A DNA stretch of 64,000 nt from contig JASGJH010000001.1 in NCBI GenBank assembly GCA_047601445.1, forward strand, positions 3,200,001-3,264,000, given 5' to 3'. The stretch's first letter is position 1. Each line of letters begins with the position of its first letter. A model generated the notes under the pieces. The model had not been told where the DNA came from and did not search any database. It saw only the letters and a program-made list of their open reading frames with translations. Both the position numbers and the translations under genes were made by a program. Positions 61,057 through 64,000 of the stretch are shown here, one piece after another. This DNA comes from Myxococcales bacterium. Its GTDB lineage: Bacteria > Myxococcota_A > Polyangia > Polyangiales > DASUME01.

Positions 61057-61920
61057 ATGACCAAACACGTCGTCTCCATTCCGAGCACGCCGTTCTCGAG
61101 TGCCTCCGGGTCTTTCGAGGTGCACCAGGTGCCTGCAGCTCAGGACAACTTGGTGTGGCTCTTCGTGTGCAAGCGGACCGGCGCAGTGGCCGCCGTGGAT
61201 GGTCCGGACGCGGAGAACGCACTGGCCTACTGCCAAGCGAACGGGCTCAAGCTGACGCACGTGCTCAACACGCACACGCACGGCGATCACATCGGCATCA
61301 ATCGCGACCTCGCCCAGCGCGGCCTGCTCGACGCGCTCGAGGTGATCGGGCCCGCCAAGGTGAGCGCGCAGGTGCCGGGAATCACGCAGGCTGTCGACGA
61401 AGGCGATGAAATCCAGGTGGGAGCCTGCCGCGCGCGCGTCTTGCTCACGGAGGGGCACATCGAGGGCCACATCTGCTTCTTGTTCGAGGACGTACTGTTC
61501 GCGGGCGACACGTTGTTCACGGGCGGCTGCGGGCGGGTCTTTACCGGCGATTTCGGGGCCATGTTCCGCGGGCTATCGAAGCTGCGCGCGCTGCCCGGTG
61601 AGACCCGCGTCTGCTGCGCTCACGAGTACACCCAGGACAACCTGGCCTTCGCCTCGACCCTGGAGCCCGATAACCGCGCGCTCCAGGAGCGCGTAGCCCA
61701 GGTGAATGCGGTGAGATCCCAGGGGCGCTCCGCGGTGCCAGGCAGGCTGGCTGAGGAACGCGCCACCAACCCCATGCTGCGGTGGGACTCTCCGGAGCTG
61801 CAGCGCGAGGTCGAAAGGCAGAGCCCGGGTGTGGACCTCTCGAGCCCACAGGCCATCTTCACGGCCACGCGCAAGCTCAAGGATTCGGGCGCCTACAAGC
61901 GCGCGGTCCAGGCGCCCTAG
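61057..61920 (+). CDS. gloB: Hydroxyacylglutathione hydrolase (glyoxalase II)
   Basis: DNLVW, THTHGDHIG, GDTLFTGGCGR, CAHEYT, ERATNP. Confidence 0.9.
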   Translation: MTKHVVSIPSTPFSSASGSFEVHQVPAAQDNLVWLFVCKRTGAVAAVDGPDAENALAYCQANGLKLTHVLNTHTHGDHIGINRDLAQRGLLDALEVIGPAKVSAQVPGITQAVDEGDEIQVGACRARVLLTEGHIEGHICFLFEDVLFAGDTLFTGGCGRVFTGDFGAMFRGLSKLRALPGETRVCCAHEYTQDNLAFASTLEPDNRALQERVAQVNAVRSQGRSAVPGRLAEERATNPMLRWDSPELQREVERQSPGVDLSSPQAIFTATRKLKDSGAYKRAVQAP

Positions 61921-61921
61921 T

Positions 61922-63466
61922 TCAGAGCTGGTTCAACGCCCACAGGCTCAGCGGCACCACGGGGGAGGCCGTGGGCTTGCCGTGCTGCCAGTCTCCCCCC
62001 TCGCAACCGCTGCCCCCGAGATCGATGTGCGTGAACGGCAGCGGAGCGCGCGCGCTGTCGTTGTGCTGGCTTAGACCCGAGGCCACGCTCAAGAAGGCGG
62101 CGGGGAACTGATGTCCGCGCGCAGTGGCGCTCGACGGCAGGTTGTTGCACGAGAGCACGTCGTCGGCGGCGCTGCGAGGCTTGATGAAGTCGAAGTCCTC
62201 GCGCCGCAGCCGTGAGATCTCGAAGGGATCGCCCCACTGCTCGCCGAGCGCGTCGACCTGCGACGCCACCCCACGCTGCCGAGCGGGGGCGTTCTCGATG
62301 AGGATGGAATAGGGTCCCACCGCGCGCGCTGCGTGCCCGGTGAGCGTGGCCACCGAGAGCAAGTGCGGATCGATGGCGTCCAGCGCCTGCACGCGCAGGT
62401 GGGAGAGCAAGTCGGCCAGCACCAGCCGCCCTTCCGCGTCCGTGTTGCCGATGCGCACGCGCACCCCCGCATGACTGGTGATGATCTCATCGGACACGAA
62501 GGCGTCTGCACCGATGCTGTTGCGCACCACGCCGAGAGCGCCGATCACGCGGACGTTGGCGGGCTTGAGCTCGGCCAAGGCGCGCATCAGTCCGGCCACC
62601 GCGGCGGCCCCGCCCTTGTCGCGACTCATGCCGGCCATGTGGCCACCGACCTTGAGATCGGCGCCGCCGGTGTCGTAGGTCAGGCCCTTGCCAGCGAGCA
62701 GCAGCGTGCGCTCGATGGGCCCCTGACCACGGTATTCCAGGTGGATCACGCGGGGACGGTGGCGCTCGACCGTCAGCGAGGCGCGGGCCACGGCCATCAA
62801 CAGCGGGTACTGGTAGCTGAGGGTGTCGAGATCGTCGATCACGCGCAGGCTCACCTCGGTGTCCATGAACGCGTCCACACAGCTGGCAGCGAAGGCCTCG
62901 GGGCGCATGCGCTCGGGTTCGGTGCCCGCCAGATCGCGCGCCAGGCGGCGCCCCTTCTCGAGCGCCGACACCAGGCGGCACTGCTCCTCGCTGCCACCGA
63001 GCACGCCAATCAGCTCCACCGGCTCGAGCTCGCCTTCCAGCTTCGACTCGCGCGCCTCGAGCGGGACCCAGAGCCCCGCGAGCGCGCCCAGCAATGCAGC
63101 CTCGAGCGCACGCGGAAAGCCCGTGTGCTTGGCGACCCACAAGAGCGGCGCGCGTGCGCCCGCGTCCCGTGCTCGCTCGAGCCCGGCACGTGCGGCCTCG
63201 GCGAACCGACGCACGTCATCGTATTCGCGCGTAAGCGGCCCAGTGGGCGCAACGATGAGTCGCCCGCCAGCCAGCCCATCCGCCGGCACCAACACGACGT
63301 CCCGCCCGACGCGGGCGTCGAGCGCCCGCGCACGCACGATGGCGTGATCGAGGGGCGGAACCCCTGTCGCTGCGTCGGTCACGACGGCGACCAGCGCGTC
63401 GAAGCGGGCGTCCGTGAGCGAGGAAGGGGTCGTGTCGGGCACTGCGATCAGCACGGGCGTGGCCAT
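61922..63466 (-). CDS. M17 leucyl aminopeptidase family
   Basis: GKGLTYDTGG, MSRDKGG, NTDAEGRLVLAD, ATLTG. Confidence 0.92.
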   Translation of the reverse strand: MATPVLIAVPDTTPSSLTDARFDALVAVVTDAATGVPPLDHAIVRARALDARVGRDVVLVPADGLAGGRLIVAPTGPLTREYDDVRRFAEAARAGLERARDAGARAPLLWVAKHTGFPRALEAALLGALAGLWVPLEARESKLEGELEPVELIGVLGGSEEQCRLVSALEKGRRLARDLAGTEPERMRPEAFAASCVDAFMDTEVSLRVIDDLDTLSYQYPLLMAVARASLTVERHRPRVIHLEYRGQGPIERTLLLAGKGLTYDTGGADLKVGGHMAGMSRDKGGAAAVAGLMRALAELKPANVRVIGALGVVRNSIGADAFVSDEIITSHAGVRVRIGNTDAEGRLVLADLLSHLRVQALDAIDPHLLSVATLTGHAARAVGPYSILIENAPARQRGVASQVDALGEQWGDPFEISRLRREDFDFIKPRSAADDVLSCNNLPSSATARGHQFPAAFLSVASGLSQHNDSARAPLPFTHIDLGGSGCEGGDWQHGKPTASPVVPLSLWALNQL

Positions 63467-63566
63467 GGAACTCTCCGCGTGTTCCGGCGGCCCGGGCTTC
63501 CCCGGGGAACCGGCTCGGGCACGATGCAGTGCTCAACCAGGCGCGTCAACAGGCTAAACTGTCGGA

Positions 63567-64000
63567 ATGGTAGAGCGCGTTCGCTCGCAGCGGGTCCTTT
63601 TGCGCGATTGTGACAAGTTCGTGATCGCGCCCGCCGAGCTCTCGATTCGCGAGGGCTGCATCGTGGGCATCGAACGCCTTGAGCCCGAGCCCGCAGCGGC
63701 ATCCCCGCGCGAATCCTTGCTCGACCTGGGCGAGCGCTTGCTCACGCCGGCCTTCGTGAACGCGCATACGCACCTCGCGCTGGCCTTCCTGCGCGGGGTG
63801 GATGGCTCACGCTTTCAACGCAATCTGGTGGAGGATCTCTACTTCCACTTCGAGACCCGCCTCAGCCCGGGCGACGTGCGCGCCTTCGCACGCATGGGTG
63901 CCTACGAGTCCCTGCTGTCCGGCGTGGGGACGGTTTGGGACCACTACTACGGCGACCTCGCGCTGGCCGAGGCGCTGGTGGACACCGGCCTGTGCGGCGT
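63567..64000 (+). CDS. Metal-dependent amidohydrolase (MtaD/deaminase-like), truncated by the window end
   Basis: My translation: MVERVRSQR...DLGERLLTPAFVNAHTHL...ESLLSGVGTVWDHY. Confidence 0.85.
   Translation, partial: MVERVRSQRVLLRDCDKFVIAPAELSIREGCIVGIERLEPEPAAASPRESLLDLGERLLTPAFVNAHTHLALAFLRGVDGSRFQRNLVEDLYFHFETRLSPGDVRAFARMGAYESLLSGVGTVWDHYYGDLALAEALVDTGLCG

Overview
High-GC bacterial chromosomal DNA, most likely Myxococcota (Polyangia-like), judged from the MglC/SgmX-like pair, Cys-rich lipoproteins, Ser/Thr kinase and YIP1/B-box protein. It is mostly housekeeping: addAB, hemY-hemH-hemE-hemD, folC, accD, pgeF, aroQ-accB-accC, five tRNAs, an M32 and an M17 peptidase, an rlmI-like gene, gloB, OPT and DMT transporters, a GAF/HD-GYP protein and a triuret-hydrolase-like gene with a permease. 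I saw no CRISPR, integrase, transposase or phage genes. Highlights: (1) a compact lipid cluster with a FAAL, two ACPs, an active KS, a catalytically dead CLF-like KS and a divergent alpha-oxoamine synthase, a candidate type II amino-lipid/sphingoid pathway; (2) a tRNA-Leu with anticodon AAG (A34), rare in bacteria, plus a tRNA-Arg(TCG); (3) all three +1 frameshifts I found sit at GAATC and repair to GATC, which points to a DNA-modification footprint in the assembly rather than pseudogenes; (4) two candidate chromatin-like proteins, one with a tandem basic domain and one acidic/H1-like; (5) a YdeN hydrolase-HIT fusion. All family calls come from motif recognition by eye; no database search was run.
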